Shown: positions 24,143-36,828, counted from the first letter of the whole stretch. The stretch is DNA of 63,324 nt, filler included, from Hyphochytrium catenoides (GCA_900088475.1; 5 parts of 5 records of this genome joined end to end with filler, not necessarily neighbours in it), one strand, 5' to 3'. The notes: generated by a model not told the origin, from the sequence alone. Translations and numbers: made by a program.

Positions 24143-25561
24143 TTATTCCAACTCTTCTATTCTTGGGGCCGGACGCGATAGGATCCCAAGGACGAGACGT
24201 CCCATCTCTAATGCCATTTCATTCTTCTCAGTACTTTCAGAGAGTAGCGTCACGCAGGCCCTCACGGTCTCAAGGGCGCCTTCATTTACTATCAAAGACG
24301 TAATCGCGGCCTGCAACTCCTTACTATTCTCTAATACTGCATTTCCCAGCACACTAATAGCTTGCATCTGGAGGGCCACACTCTGAGGCCAGCGGGTCAT
24401 TGCTGCTAGTACCACAAGTAAGCCCCCATGATTGAGAAGGGCTGCCTTGTTCTCAACGTGTCGATAGCTTGCATTCTTCATTGAATTGAAAGGGAAGATT
24501 AGAGGTTGCATTACTTAGCTAGCATGAAGGGGAGCATGTGACTCACAAAGAGTGCAAAGCAGCCCCAGAGCTGGGCGTCGTGTTCTTTCTTGAATGAGTC
24601 CATAGAAGCTAAACGGATGCAGTGAGATATTACGTTCAGATCGGTGCCACGCAGCGAAGTACCCAGAGCAAGTGAGGATTGCTTGGCTTACCTATAACTC
24701 TCCGCACACCATTAGAGGTGTGCAACATATCTTGAACATCTACGTCGCTATCAGCAAGAGACCCCAATAGCATAAAACCTTTGATTTGCACTTCCGCACT
24801 TTGAGAACCTCCTTTGCTTCCCATCAAGTCGAGGATCTGCCCGACCGTGACAGAGCCAAGGATCTAGTGGCAGGAGAGTTAGAAGATGGGGATGGCCGGT
24901 CCTAGTAAGGTGCTCAAACCTTCTTTACGTCAGAGTCGCATCTGGATATCGTTAGCCAGATGTCAAAGCCCAACTCAAGTGGTTCGGAGGATGCCTGAGA
25001 GTGCCGTTGCATGCTTTGCATTAGGACCTTCATCCCTCCTCCAGAATTGAAGTCTCTGCAACGCTCAATATTAGAAGACTGAACAAAGTTTAGATTAGCC
25101 GTAAACTTACTCTTGGAAGGCAGACCATTTAGACTCCACACTAAGTTTTCTAAGTGCAGATAACCCTAAGACTTGTGCCTCCAAGTCATGGGGAAAGCGG
25201 CGCATCCGCCTTAGTATGCCGTGGACCCCGTCTGAAACTTCAATCTATATTGAAAGAAGAAGACCAAGCAAACGGGTCAAAGCCTAGCCATCGTTTGGGA
25301 TGATGCTTGTCGGACCTTATAGACTCGTCTGGAAAGATTAAGGATCATCAGCCAAACCGTCAACAGGACAGCACACCAAAAGACATTGCCTCCCAGGCGC
25401 CAGAGGTATGCTTCTCTGCTGATCAGCGGTACTGCAACCATCGCAATCAACATGAAGACTGCATCTCTTTCCCAGACCCTCCGCCGCAGAGAGGCAACGT
25501 ATTTCCAACGTGACATCTTTATAGGTGGGTTGTCCTCAGTCCGCTCCTCTTCTTTTGTCAT
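24143..25561 (-). CDS. Protein with two N-terminal TM helices and armadillo-like repeats
   Basis: Hydrophobic AVFMLIAMVAVPLI and VFWCAVLLTVWLMIL, then ARM-like GGMKVLMQSMQRH, NKAALLNHGGLLVVLAAMTRWP..LQMQAISVLGN and IVNEGALETV. Confidence 0.65.
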
Positions 25562-26192
25562 TACGGCCTACGGGTGCTGCTTTTTATCAACGAGGTGACA
25601 GACGCGGTGGAAGGGCTCTGGAATGATGACACCGCAGCTGGAGTCATGGTCTTACCGACGCCCCAAAGTGAGGCTGTTGCTGATGGCGAAAGGGGAAATG
25701 GGTGCTATCTTCGTGTCCACCAGCAGGGATGCTGCTGCCGTGGTAGGGCTGCGGACTGAGGCAGCTGTTGTTGGTACTGTCGGGCCAAGTTGAAGAGACA
25801 GGAAGATTGACCAAACTTGGGTGGAAAGGCGTTATGAGAATCTTAATCGTGATCTACAAGCTGATTATCGCGAACTGCCGGCTCACAGCTCATCGGCTCA
25901 CACGAACATTTCTTGCTTGAAATTCTCTGCTTGCTGGTCATCTACATTCAACTTTATAATGAAAGCACACAGCAGAGTTCGTTGTGCAGACAGAGTTACC
26001 TCGTTAGTTGCACGAAGAAGCTTTAAGTAAGGAGGAGTTGTTCCGAACTAAAGGAGGCCCTGCTATCGAGTGACATAGCTCACCCTTGACGTCAGAGATG
26101 GACTGCGGTTAGCAACTCTGGAAAAGAAAAGTCCTCCAGCTGCAGCACAGCTCTTCCTTCTTCCCTTCATACATACGTAACTTACCGGGACG

Positions 26193-27174
26193 ATGAGCCA
26201 GTTTGGCGAGGTAAGACGTGAACCTCTCATTGCGCNNNNNNNNNNNNNNNNNNNNNNNNNNNNNNNNNNNNNNNNNNNNNNNNNNNNNNNNNNNNTCATA
26301 TTGGTCTTAGGTGACCTTCATATACCACACCGGGCTTCCTCCATACCGGAGAAGTTTCAAAAGATGCTGGTATGAGGACCATCGGGCTCACAGCTTTTGA
26401 CGTCCAGATTCTAACCTTACTCTCTGCGGATCAGCTTCCTAACAAAGTCCAGCATGTATTATGTACTGGAAACCTAGTCACAGGAGAGGAATACGATCAG
26501 CTGCGAGCTCTGGCTCCTAACATTCACGTCGTAAGAGGAGATTTTGACGAGGTGAGACTCCCATGGCAAGCTTAAGATGGCGCCCAGGCTCTAATGCGGA
26601 CGCTTCAGGTTCAGTCCTTCCCTGAACAGAAAGTCATCACCATTGGAAACTTCAAGATCGGCCTCTGTCACGGCCACCAAGTGATTCCCTGGGGAGACCC
26701 AGATGCCTTGGCGATCCTGCAGCGTCAGGTAAACAACTGTCAGAGGTCCTCTTCGGTCCAGCACACAACTAAGTTTTGTCATGGCCCCAGATGGACGTCG
26801 ACATCCTAGTCACCGGTCACACGCACAAGTAAGAAGCATATAGTTCTTCAATTGCGTTGTTTGGGGCTGCTAACTCACTGGCGTCTCCTCCATTGACAGA
26901 AACATGGTTAGCGAGTATGACAAGCGGTGGCTCATCAATCCTGGCTCCATCACCGGAGCTTTCAGCTCCATAACGAGGCAAGGAAGTAGCTACTTCGGTT
27001 TTGCTGTCACAGTCCCTTTCCTTTAACATTTTGTCTCATCAACGCAGCGATCCCACTCCCAGCTTTCTGTTGCTTGCAATCAAGGACTTGGATGTGACTG
27101 TCTACGTCTATGAGTTGCAGGGTGATAACGTGGTGGTATCGAAGACTGAATTCTCAAAAGCCAGACTTTCCTAG
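26193..27174 (+). CDS. VPS29: Retromer subunit VPS29
   Basis: [56 protein letters not shown]; one GC-AG intron (26978-27047). Confidence 0.97.
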
Positions 27175-27240
27175 CACGTGGATGATAGAGCCATTTCGAC
27201 GACTAACTATTGAGCTGGGTTATCGGACAGTCTATCTTAT

Positions 27241-27982
27241 TTATCGTCCGTTTAGCTCCGCACGTGCCAATAGATATTCCTTCAGCTTAGACAATGCTTT
27301 AGCTCTATGGCTAATCTCATTTTTCTGAGTCTTGGGCATCTCAGCATAGGTTGTATCATAGCCCTCAGGCAGAAAGATAGGGTCCCAGCCGAAGTCTGGC
27401 GGCCCTCTTGCAGGAACAATGGTCCCTGACGTTCTCCCAACAAACAACATTGGCTTCTCTTCAGCAGTACCTCGACCCCAGCTGAGAGCAAAGATACATT
27501 GTGCGTAGGCAGACTTGTCTGGATAAGCGGCCAGCAAGTTGTTGAGCCCGGTATGCCCAGTCTTTTCCAGGAACCATCTGCGTCAATGGTTTGAGGCGTC
27601 AAGTCAGCTGGTAGTTCATTGCGCAACGTAAACATGGCATCGCAGTAGGACCTACTTGACATACGGCCCTGGCAGACCATGCAAAGCATTGAAGCACAAA
27701 CTAGTGTCTTCCACAAGAACTGGGCCATCAACATCCTTCGTGGCCAAACGGCATTTCTCCTCTGCAATGTTTTCTGGCTCTCCCTATGCAAATATCCAAA
27801 TCAGAGGAAGCCACCAAATAAGAAGCTCTAGCAATCAATGTGTATCCTCCTACCTGGAGTTCAGGAAGATCCACTTTCTTGGCGACCAGAGTGAAGGGAA
27901 ACTCTTCCCCTATGAGCGCCTGGATCTCTTCTAGCTTCTTCTTATTGCCTGTGATCATCGTGATGACAGGCCGGCGTGCCAT
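27241..27982 (-). CDS. ITPA: Inosine triphosphate pyrophosphatase (HAM1 family)
   Basis: [53 protein letters not shown]. Confidence 0.97.
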
Positions 27983-28651
27983 GGCTCTAGATCAAGCGAA
28001 TCGCGCTTCTACTTTTGTTCACTAATGATTGAGACAATTGACAGAAGAGTTATACTCTCAGTTCTCCTAGCAAGTTGATGGTGCTTCACTTCGTTGCGCC
28101 GAAAGGACCAAGAATGTCCTGGTTTCCGGGGTGCGAATCACCTCATGATGAGTCACGAAGAAGGCGACCGTGAAGAAAGGCCACACGGACGAGAAGGAGA
28201 GAAGGAGGCAATGTGGCCTTTCCACAATAATCCATCTCAACTCCTCCTAATGACAACCAAAGCAGGAAGCAGAGAGAAGAAAGACAGGGAAGACAAAGAT
28301 TTGTGATGGATTATTGTGACCAGCCAAACCTCTTCAGACTCAATGTATCTGTAATCCGAGGGTAAATCAACAGAGAATTCACAATTTGTAGGTGATATAT
28401 CTAGAATAAAATGAGAACACACAGAAGAGCATGTTGGGTGCCTGCAAGAACCAGTCTTGACAGGGCAGGGCAGGACGCTGAAAGGAAGGTTGCCCATGAA
28501 GAAGAGGAGAAGAAGGGTGCTTGCTCCTCGCCTCCCTCGTCAGTATCTGATAAGCAACTTGGGGCGCTCTGACAGGTAACTTCTTCTGCGGCAACAGAGT
28601 CGAAGCGCATACTAAGCCAAGCAGCTAGAGGCTCGGTCGCCTTCCAATAGT

Positions 28652-30024
28652 ATGGCAGCCAAAGCTCGAGTGCCCGTAACGGTGGTTACGGGTGCGCTAG
28701 GCTCAGGAAAGACGACCCTACTGAACTTCATCCTCCGAGAAAATCATGGCAAGCGGATTGCCGTCATTGAGAACGAATTCGGGGAGGATATCGGGGTCGA
28801 AAACCTAATCGCCAAGGTACCACCACGGCCCTCACGACCACTGACATCAGCTACTGAAAGTTCCTAAAATAGTCTCCTCTTTTCCTTAGGATGGAGCTAA
28901 TGGCAAAATGTTTGACGACTTTTTTGAGCTCAGCAATGGTTGCATCTGCTGCTCCGTCAAGGATGACCTCGTTAGCACTCTAGATCGCCTCCTGGAACGA
29001 CGCGACAAGTTTGATTACATCCTGGTCGAGACGTCAGGAATGGCAGACCCTGGGCCCGTAGCTTCTGTCTTCTGGGTTGATGAGGAATTGGAGAGTCACG
29101 TGTACCTCGATGGCATCATTACCGTTGTCGACGGGAAGAACTTCCTCCGTAGACTTGATGACCCTCGTCGCCAAGCGGACGCCCTGAATGAGGTTTATCG
29201 TCAGGTAATCAAGGACTCTTCATTTACATCTTGGAGAGAGGTAACCTCTTCTTTCTGATCATCTCTCTCACGGACTCATCTTACGGTGTGCAGGTTGCCT
29301 ATGCTGATTGCATATTGCTGAATAAGGAAGACCTGCTTGACAGTGTAGATGAGAAGAGCAACGTGCTCCAGCGAGTGAAGGAAGTCAACGCCAATGCCAG
29401 AGTGATATGGACAACTCGATCCGAGGTTGATCTGCAAGATATTTTGGACGTGCAGAGCTTCGAGTTCAGTCGGCTGGACCTCTTACGCATCGACGAGAAA
29501 GGATTTATCCCTCCCAACACCTCTGACAGTGCCATCTGCTGCTCTCAGTGCACATCGTCATCAAGTGAAAGGACGCAAGAGGCAAAGGAGCACCATCACC
29601 ATGATATTGCCATATCAACTTTGACACTAAAAAAAGATGGAGTTATGAGCTTTGAAAGGTTAAACCGGTGGCTGGGCAGGATTCTTTGGGAGGACATCGA
29701 AGTTGATACTGAAGAAGACAAATGCCAGGTAGAGATTATGTGTTGGAAGATTGATTCTCTGAAAATAGCTTAGCGACGGCGCTGACTCTGCCACAGGAAA
29801 TCTTTAGGATGAAAGGGTTCGTACTGGCGGTCGCTGAGGAGGATGACAGTAAGGCTGGTCCTACTCGACATATTCTCCAGGCCGTTCATGAACTGTTTGA
29901 GCTTCGACCGTGCGACAGCAAGGCAACCTCAGATAGCGGTTACCCCGCTAACCAGCTAGTGGTTATCGGCCGAAACCTAAGTCTTTCTCGATTAGAGGAC
30001 GGCTTCGTGGCCTGCATGATCTAG
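28652..30024 (+). CDS. COG0523/CobW-family Zn metallochaperone GTPase (CBWD/ZNG1-like)
   Basis: [32 protein letters not shown], short HHHHD tract and CobW_C ([22 protein letters not shown]). Confidence 0.93.
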
Positions 30025-30423
30025 GAGCGTGATCCATGCGTGGTAGGCGGTCACACATACAGGCCCTTCGGCTCGACACAGTTCAAAGAAGACCCGGCTC
30101 TGCTATCAATATTTATTGGCGATATTTAGCCTACGGCTGTTCTGTACAGTAATATAAGTCTTCATACTACAAACATCAGCAGAGCAAGGCCCAGCGACGT
30201 TACCGGGGCCGTAACATCGCAGCGGCGACACAATAGCGTCTTACGTGGTACCCTATGGCAGGTGTGCTGCTTGACCTTGCATTGAGCTTGCTTTGTGCTG
30301 GACGTCCAGTGATCTCACAGCTGGTAGCTGTCTAGCGCTCGATCTGCTGGATGCTGCGGGTTGCCAAAGCATCACTGACCGGACCGTAGAGCTGAGAGGA
30401 AATGCTCTACTAGGGAACCATCC

Positions 30424-30917
30424 TTAGGGGATCTGGGTAACCTGAAAGGCCTGCTGTTGGGCTGCTGGTCCAAAGTAGTTGAGGAAAAGAGACATTACAG
30501 AGAGCCTACATGAAAGCAGACAATGAGCTCCCAGAAGAAGAAAAGCCGTACGTTATTGCTTTGAGGACGGGCAGGGATTAGGATCCTACTTACATCATCG
30601 ATGTCACAATCTGCTTATAGTCTGCGTCGGTCGTTTTAGCATTGGCCACTGACCCCATTGCGGCGCATAGTGCTAGCCAGGAAAAGATCTTCATCTGTGG
30701 GAGAAGCAAATCAGTTCGTGATGAACCCCATGTAACTAGCAAGAGACTTCTTCACCTTTAACATCACCGCACAGACTCCAAGCAGCAAAGACACAAGACC
30801 ATAATAATCTGGAGGAAGTGAATCTGCGTCCATTCTCATGCGGCTGAACCGCCGCACGGCGCTGGGTCTCTTGGGGTCATCACCCAGACTGATTGACGAA
30901 GTGCCACTGCTAGACAT
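30424..30917 (-). CDS. PAT complex subunit Asterix (WDR83OS-like)
   Basis: DPKRPSAVRRF, DYYGLVSLLLGVCAVMLKMKIFSWLAL..SVAN, DYKQIVTSMMLSVMSLFLNY; three exons. Confidence 0.88.
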
Positions 30918-30937
30918 TGGCCCGTCTACCTTGCAGA

Positions 30938-31037
30938 NNNNNNNNNNNNNNNNNNNNNNNNNNNNNNNNNNNNNNNNNNNNTTAATTAATTAANNNNNNN
31001 NNNNNNNNNNNNNNNNNNNNNNNNNNNNNNNNNNNNN
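30938..31037. other. Artificial contig spacer N44-TTAATTAATTAA-N44
   Basis: Identical 100-nt spacer with six-frame stops occurs four times in the window. Confidence 0.97.
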
Positions 31038-31950
31038 GGAGTAGACGATTCTGCATCGCTCCCGGCCACGAGCGGCCAACTGCTGACTTAAGTTTTCTTT
31101 CGTCATTGGGCTATATAGGAACTAGGAGCACGGGATCATACAACCACCATGTTGTGGGTGGCTACAGCTCTCTTGGTCCAAACTCCGTCAGCACTACTCC
31201 TATGATGAGCTTTTCTTCTTCAAAATCTTGTTCGCTTCTAATAGCTGCCCCATCCCTGCGGGCTCAACTCAAATCTTCAGCCTTCATCAGCCTCTGTACA
31301 GACCCAAGGATCATTAATTTGGCTAGGTAGCCAGTCTTGCTGCCTGCTGTCGATCACTCATGCCTCAGCTCATGCAACATCAGAACCCTTTACCTGTACC
31401 GTGTCCCATCAGACAGACAGCACCAACAAGCAACACTCACATCATCAGAAGCCTGTACAGTAGGCACTAGCACTTCTCCTCTCCTACATCTTCAGAAGGC
31501 GTTGTACGACGTAGTAACCCTGTGTAAAGGTTTCTTGGCATACGAACAGTAAGAAGGGTAGAACCCAATCGGTTGAGACACTGTACAAGGTTCACTACTT
31601 ACTACTCCGTATCAAACGAGATCCGCACCGCAGCTCTTATCATCATACGGTACAGGTACTGGCAGTAGTGAGTGCAGGGCTGGTGGGCTGCTTCATCAGG
31701 CTGGGCAGTGTTATCCTCAATCAGCCCGTGATCAAGTCCCTAGCCTATAGAGCTTCAGCTCAGTCAACAAGCCGATGGCTCTTGTAAGGCTGAAGGCTTG
31801 GCTGACGGCACAAACGAGTACATGGCATGCATGGTCGAAAGGGCAGATCAATCCTCTTATGATCCAAAGTAGTGCTGTCTCATAATATATTATAAATATT
31901 GGGGAAAATCTAGCAAATGTACATCTGACAGAGTTACAGAACCCGTCAGC

Positions 31951-34020
31951 TCATCGATCGCCATCAAAATATGCCGGCGCCGCTTCTAGACCAACGGCGT
32001 CTGCCGATATTGAGCGATTCCGTTGAGTCTTTGATTGGGACCGAGTAGGGTTCGGATTTCCAGGACTCTGCATGGATGCTGTCGCCACCAGGGGAATCGC
32101 CCGAACAGGAGCAGTAGCAGTAACTGTTATGGTCTGGGCGAAACCGGTCTCGTTAGGCGAAGGCACCTCTGTTAGTTTTTCCTCCTCTTCGCTTTGACCA
32201 TCACCATAGCGTCTTCTATAGCCAAAGTGACCGGTAAACATCATTAGAAGTATGGAGAGGACGGTCACAAATATTCCGCAAGCCGCAGCTATCATCGCCA
32301 CACCCCAAAGGGGCACGGCACTGCCACCTTCGCCTGAAGATTTACTCCTTCGTGAGCCTGGTATATCAGTAATCTCCCCATTCCGGTACTTTGTGATGAG
32401 GTTCTCCAAGCATGGCTGTGCCTCTAGATTGTTGCAAAGGTCACACCATGCCTTATTGGTTAGAGACGTGTTGTCCTGGTTTAATGCAATGCTGAAGTCC
32501 CGCCAGGCACACCACTCCTTCTGGCCTCCAAAAGCTCGACAAACTGAGGAGAGGTCCAAATCTGTAGCGTTGAAACGTGCTAGAAGACTGGGAGACAACT
32601 TGTTCTGCAAGAACTTCATCTAAACGGTGGAAGAGGAGTCAGAATTGCCCAGCGCCAAAACGAAAAACAACATCAAATTACCTTGACGAAGTATGGTCCT
32701 TCATTAGCTCTTTCCGACTCTTCAGTGAGGCCCAGATAATCACCGCAGTCCATCTTAGCCGTCTGATTACAGAAGTGTAGCTAGAGAGTAGAAATGTCTT
32801 CAGCCCAAGTTCGCATGACAGGAAGAGCACCGTTCGTACTGCTCACCTCAATCAGAACCGCTGAGCCATAGTTTGGAAACTGCTGTATCTGGGAATTGTG
32901 GACGTCGAGCTTGAGGGCAGCAAGAATGGAAAGAATGGTCTCAAACCCAGTTGTGTACTGTGAATACTGCAGATCCGTCTGGATAAGTAGTTCATGGCAA
33001 CGACGACAAAGGTTAGCGTCAATCGTGGACAAGCAGAAGCGAATTCACCTACCAGGTTTCCCGATCTGCTTGCACTAACAATGCTCGCAAAGGTGGAGTC
33101 TACATTTCGCAGAAAGGTTCCACCCAACAAGGTACTTGCTGTTTTGCTTGAGTACTTGTTGGAAGCTAGCCAAGACGCAGTCGAATGAAGCCCTTCCCAT
33201 TCTGCCTCCGAAACCTTGGCGGCCGGCGATGTCTGGTTTTGCAGGCGAAGTGAAAACTGGTAATCGTAGAAGGCTAGAAATTCCCTCAGACGTAGCTCTT
33301 TGACATCCGGTGCCCTAGTTAAATAGCAATATCAGCCCCAGCACATCATGGGAATGATCTGATTGACCCTTCCACTTACAACATATCACGCCAGCGGCTT
33401 AGATTTAGACTTAGCTCGTCAGATTTAGACCGAAAGGCTGGAGAAGCATAGAATTGGCTCAAAGATGCGTTGAAGTAACTGTCGCATTTGTCGTAGGCGC
33501 GAAGAAGAATGTCGTTCTTCACATCTCCCGATGACATGATCGGTATGGGAACGGTGTCTGGGAAGATAGAGACTGTAGCATTAAGAAACCCCTGGAAGAA
33601 AGCCCTCCAATACGATACGGCTGAGCTTATGGTGTTTTTCTCGTTTGTAGACACCGCTGTCAATGCTTTCGGATTTATCGTGACTCGAGGAGGATAGTAC
33701 ATCCTCTTAATCTCTCCAGCTAGTGCCTGCATCTGACGTTGTCCTAACAGAGAGACCTGGGAAGACCACTGAGAAGTTATTCAAGGAAGTGAATAGTGTG
33801 TCCTTACCTCGGCGAGGCTTGCCAACTTGTCATCTTTTCTCCAAGAGTCTTCAACGAAGCTGCCGTGTCTATGAACCACTATCAATCCCAGCTGCTTTGG
33901 TCCGTCAAAAAGCGCGGTGGCGGATATATTTACAAAGGAGCCATTCTCTTGCGCAACGACCACAAGCGCTAAAATTGGGAGCAAAACAAGGGTCGCTTGT
34001 AAGTAGGCCATCCTTGGCAT
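31951..34020 (-). CDS. Type I membrane protein with histidine acid phosphatase fold and degenerate active site
   Basis: Signal peptide, VVHRHGS, GQRQMQALA, STNEKNTISSA, ETILSILAAL..FPNYGSAVLIEV, then a TM helix (LWGVAMIAAACGIFVTVLSILLMMF) and cytosolic tail. Confidence 0.78.
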
Positions 34021-34734
34021 GGGCTGGTCAATTGGCCCGTAGGGTAGTTAATGAGGATTGAACACTGCGCTGCTGTGCCAGTCGAAGCTGTTGGGGCCCC
34101 TGGAGTGACGGTGATCAGCTCATGGCAAGCCTATGCTGACAGCCCTGAGATGTATAGCAGCCCCAACAGGAAGAGTGAGGATTAGAACACGGCGAAAGTA
34201 GGTGTTCTCCCCAGTAGCCCTTTTGAGCAAAACCAGCCTGCACCGTTAAGCAAGGAACAGATGCAGTTCACGTGCATCTATGTTGACAGTACGGCTCCTG
34301 CATAATCCTATAATCCGACCAACTTGAAAGAGCTTGACGGCTGGGATGTTAGAAGGCCCCTACCAAACAGAGAAATGCTGATTGATCTGCCAGTAATAAG
34401 GGAGCAGCAAGCAATTTGAAGCTTTTCCGATGTGATAAGAAGAAAGCGTGAGAATGAGGAAAGCTTCATTCTCCCTCAGTTTCTGCCTTCTCCCTCTGTC
34501 CTTCCTTTCTCACTGCATCGCCTCCTTGTTTAGAGGGTGTTGCTTCCCCGGGTAAAGAAAGATTATCTGACAGTTTTGATCAGATAATTCACAGTAATTG
34601 GTGAACTGACACTTGGTGCCCATACATTGACAATGACAACCAATAACAGCAAACTGGTCAATTCATCAAGACCAGAAATTGCAATTGTCAATTCACAGTT
34701 ATCCAACATTACTCCTACCATTGTGAAACTGGCA

Positions 34735-35075
34735 GTTGCCACTTTGCTGAGAGTACGGTCCTTTGGCCATATAATAGACGGAGGATGGGGACTTGGGCAT
34801 GGGTGACGTTTACACAACGACACAATGTAGCCAACACACCTTTTGAAGGTTGGATGACACATTTCTGGGAGGTGTGCGTCTGGGCATCTGAGGAAAGCTC
34901 TTCGAGCAATGAAGAGCCATCACAACAAAGGAAGGAGGAGTTGCTCTCAGCACGCTCCACTTTCTCCATCATCAACTAGCTCACTTGGAATACCTTGGGG
35001 ACGTGATGCCATGGACCGGCTGGACAATAAACTACTCCGTTACATTGCTGCTTGTGGCTTACTAGACGCAACATG
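34735..35075 (+). mobile_element. Possible decayed hAT transposase fragment
   Basis: Frameshifted pieces WMTHFWEVCVWASEE (BED-finger-like end) and AMDRLDNKLLRYIAACGL (resembles the hAT N-terminal helix); AT-rich hairpins upstream at 34562-34588. Confidence 0.35.
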
Positions 35076-35120
35076 GCAACCAGAACCTCCATCCACTCCT
35101 TCTCTGTGCGTGATCATAGT

Positions 35121-36828
35121 CTATCCGCTGCCTCCTTCAATCATCTTACGAATCATCAAAATCTGACCTCCAGCTACCCCAATCAGCACAAAATTCAGTA
35201 GCAATGTGACCCATCCTATGCGGGATTTTCCGCTAGAAATAGCTAACAAAGGAGCAGCACGTAAGTCGCAAAGGGAGGTTTAATGTACGGAAAGCTTGAC
35301 TTACTTTGCTCAGTGACCATGGTGTGATGCTGTAAGTAGGCCATCTCACTTCGAAGGGACCACACTTGGACTGAGAACTCGCCAATCTTCTCCATGACTG
35401 TGTCAGGAGTGTCTAACACGAATCTTTTCAGTCGGCTTCCCATGGAGGTGAGAGATTCTTGAACTAACTAAGAAACGATTACCTTCAATCAAGAGTGCTG
35501 GCCAATAATCTGATGGCGAGTTCCTGGCCGAGCAGTATTTTACCATGACATCCTCAGCTCCAGCGATCTGGAAAAGCATGACTAGTTCAGCCCTCTTCTT
35601 GCTCAATCGAGCAAAAAGCCTATCACAAACGATACTTACAATGACTGTAAGGTCTACACTATTGACATCAATAGCCCTTTGAAAATCTTCCGTGACATCG
35701 ACGACAATACGCTCGTCTTTTTTCACCGTCCATCGGCCCCTTTCTGATTGTGAGGCTAAAGTGTCAACGTTCCTGCGCCACGTGGCAGTTAGAATATGTA
35801 TAGCTCCTGAGGGTCTTGCCATACTAACATTTTAAGAGTATTCCAAGTGAACGGGGCCACCACAGGATAGTGCGCCAGCTTCAGATAATGCTGGGTTGCC
35901 TTCTCTGCTTCATCAACCTGGAGTACCAGGTACGCCCTTTACGTGGGGTCCTAGTTAGCTGCAGGAGCAAGAAGGTAATTTTTTGGCCTACTGTACCTGG
36001 AGTCGTCTTTGACAATGTCTTTGGATATCGCATCGAGCGGGAACTGTAGAACTGCAAGACTTTCTTGGCTGATTCGGAGCTAGGGGTCATGACTCATGTA
36101 ATCTGCGGCATCTATCAACTAGCACAGGTTACGTACCCTTTGACAGGAAGAACTGGCATCACGTTGTACGAGGTATCATCTGGCTCATTTTTAGATATCG
36201 AGCCGTCATACCGCGGCGTTAGCGTCAGAAGGGTGTGACCTGGATAGCAATTAGCACAGATGGCTTAGGATAGGTGGGTTGAGTCAAATGTCTCTGGAGC
36301 GTACCATAGCCAATAGACTGAAGGTCAAATAAAATAGGCAGTTCTGTTCTTGAAGAGTACGACTTGCGAAAGCAAATGGTGTAGACTCCGGTCTCCTTAA
36401 GTCGCTCCTGCAAACTTCCATGAACAGTGGCCTTCCAATGCTGAATAACCTTTCCGTAGGGAGAAAGAACCTTGTATCGGAGAGATAATCGACAAGGCTT
36501 AGGACGAATTAATATTTGCAGAACAGAAAGATATACCTTAGCGTACACCGCCTCGTCAGGTGTCGGGTCGACTATTTCAAAACGAAAGAGGAGTGTGTTC
36601 TTGGATCCAGCACTATCGAAGTGCTGATAGAAACATTGCTTGAGGAATGGGTGAATATTAGAGCGGAGTACTCGGCGGGTGCAGAGCTGTTGTTACCTCT
36701 TGGCTATTTTTAAGGCTCGTCCCTAAGTGTGAGAAAACGACAGCCGGCAGGCAACCAAGGAAGATTGCAAAGATAGGTAGGCCCAACGATGCAGCTTTCC
36801 CGATGGTGATGCTAGTCCTCGACACCAT
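35121..36828 (-). CDS. p24/emp24/TMED family protein with inserted DNRLRE/CBM96-like domain
   Basis: Signal peptide; GOLD domain (EQCFYQHF..VLSPYGKVI..ETGVYTICF..ILFDLQ); insert of about 190 aa; coiled coil (SLRSEMAYLQHH); TM (RIGWVTLLLNFVLIGVAGGQILMIRKMI). Joined through GT-AG introns. Confidence 0.82.

Noticed and set aside
27241-30024. Functional cluster of ITPA with the CBWD zinc chaperone
   Set aside because: Head-to-head housekeeping genes in a compact genome; the sequence gives no evidence for shared function.
30982-30993. TTAATTAATTAA palindrome as a biological site
   Set aside because: Always centred in 44+44 Ns and repeated four times, so it is an assembly linker. Gene adjacency across it is meaningless.
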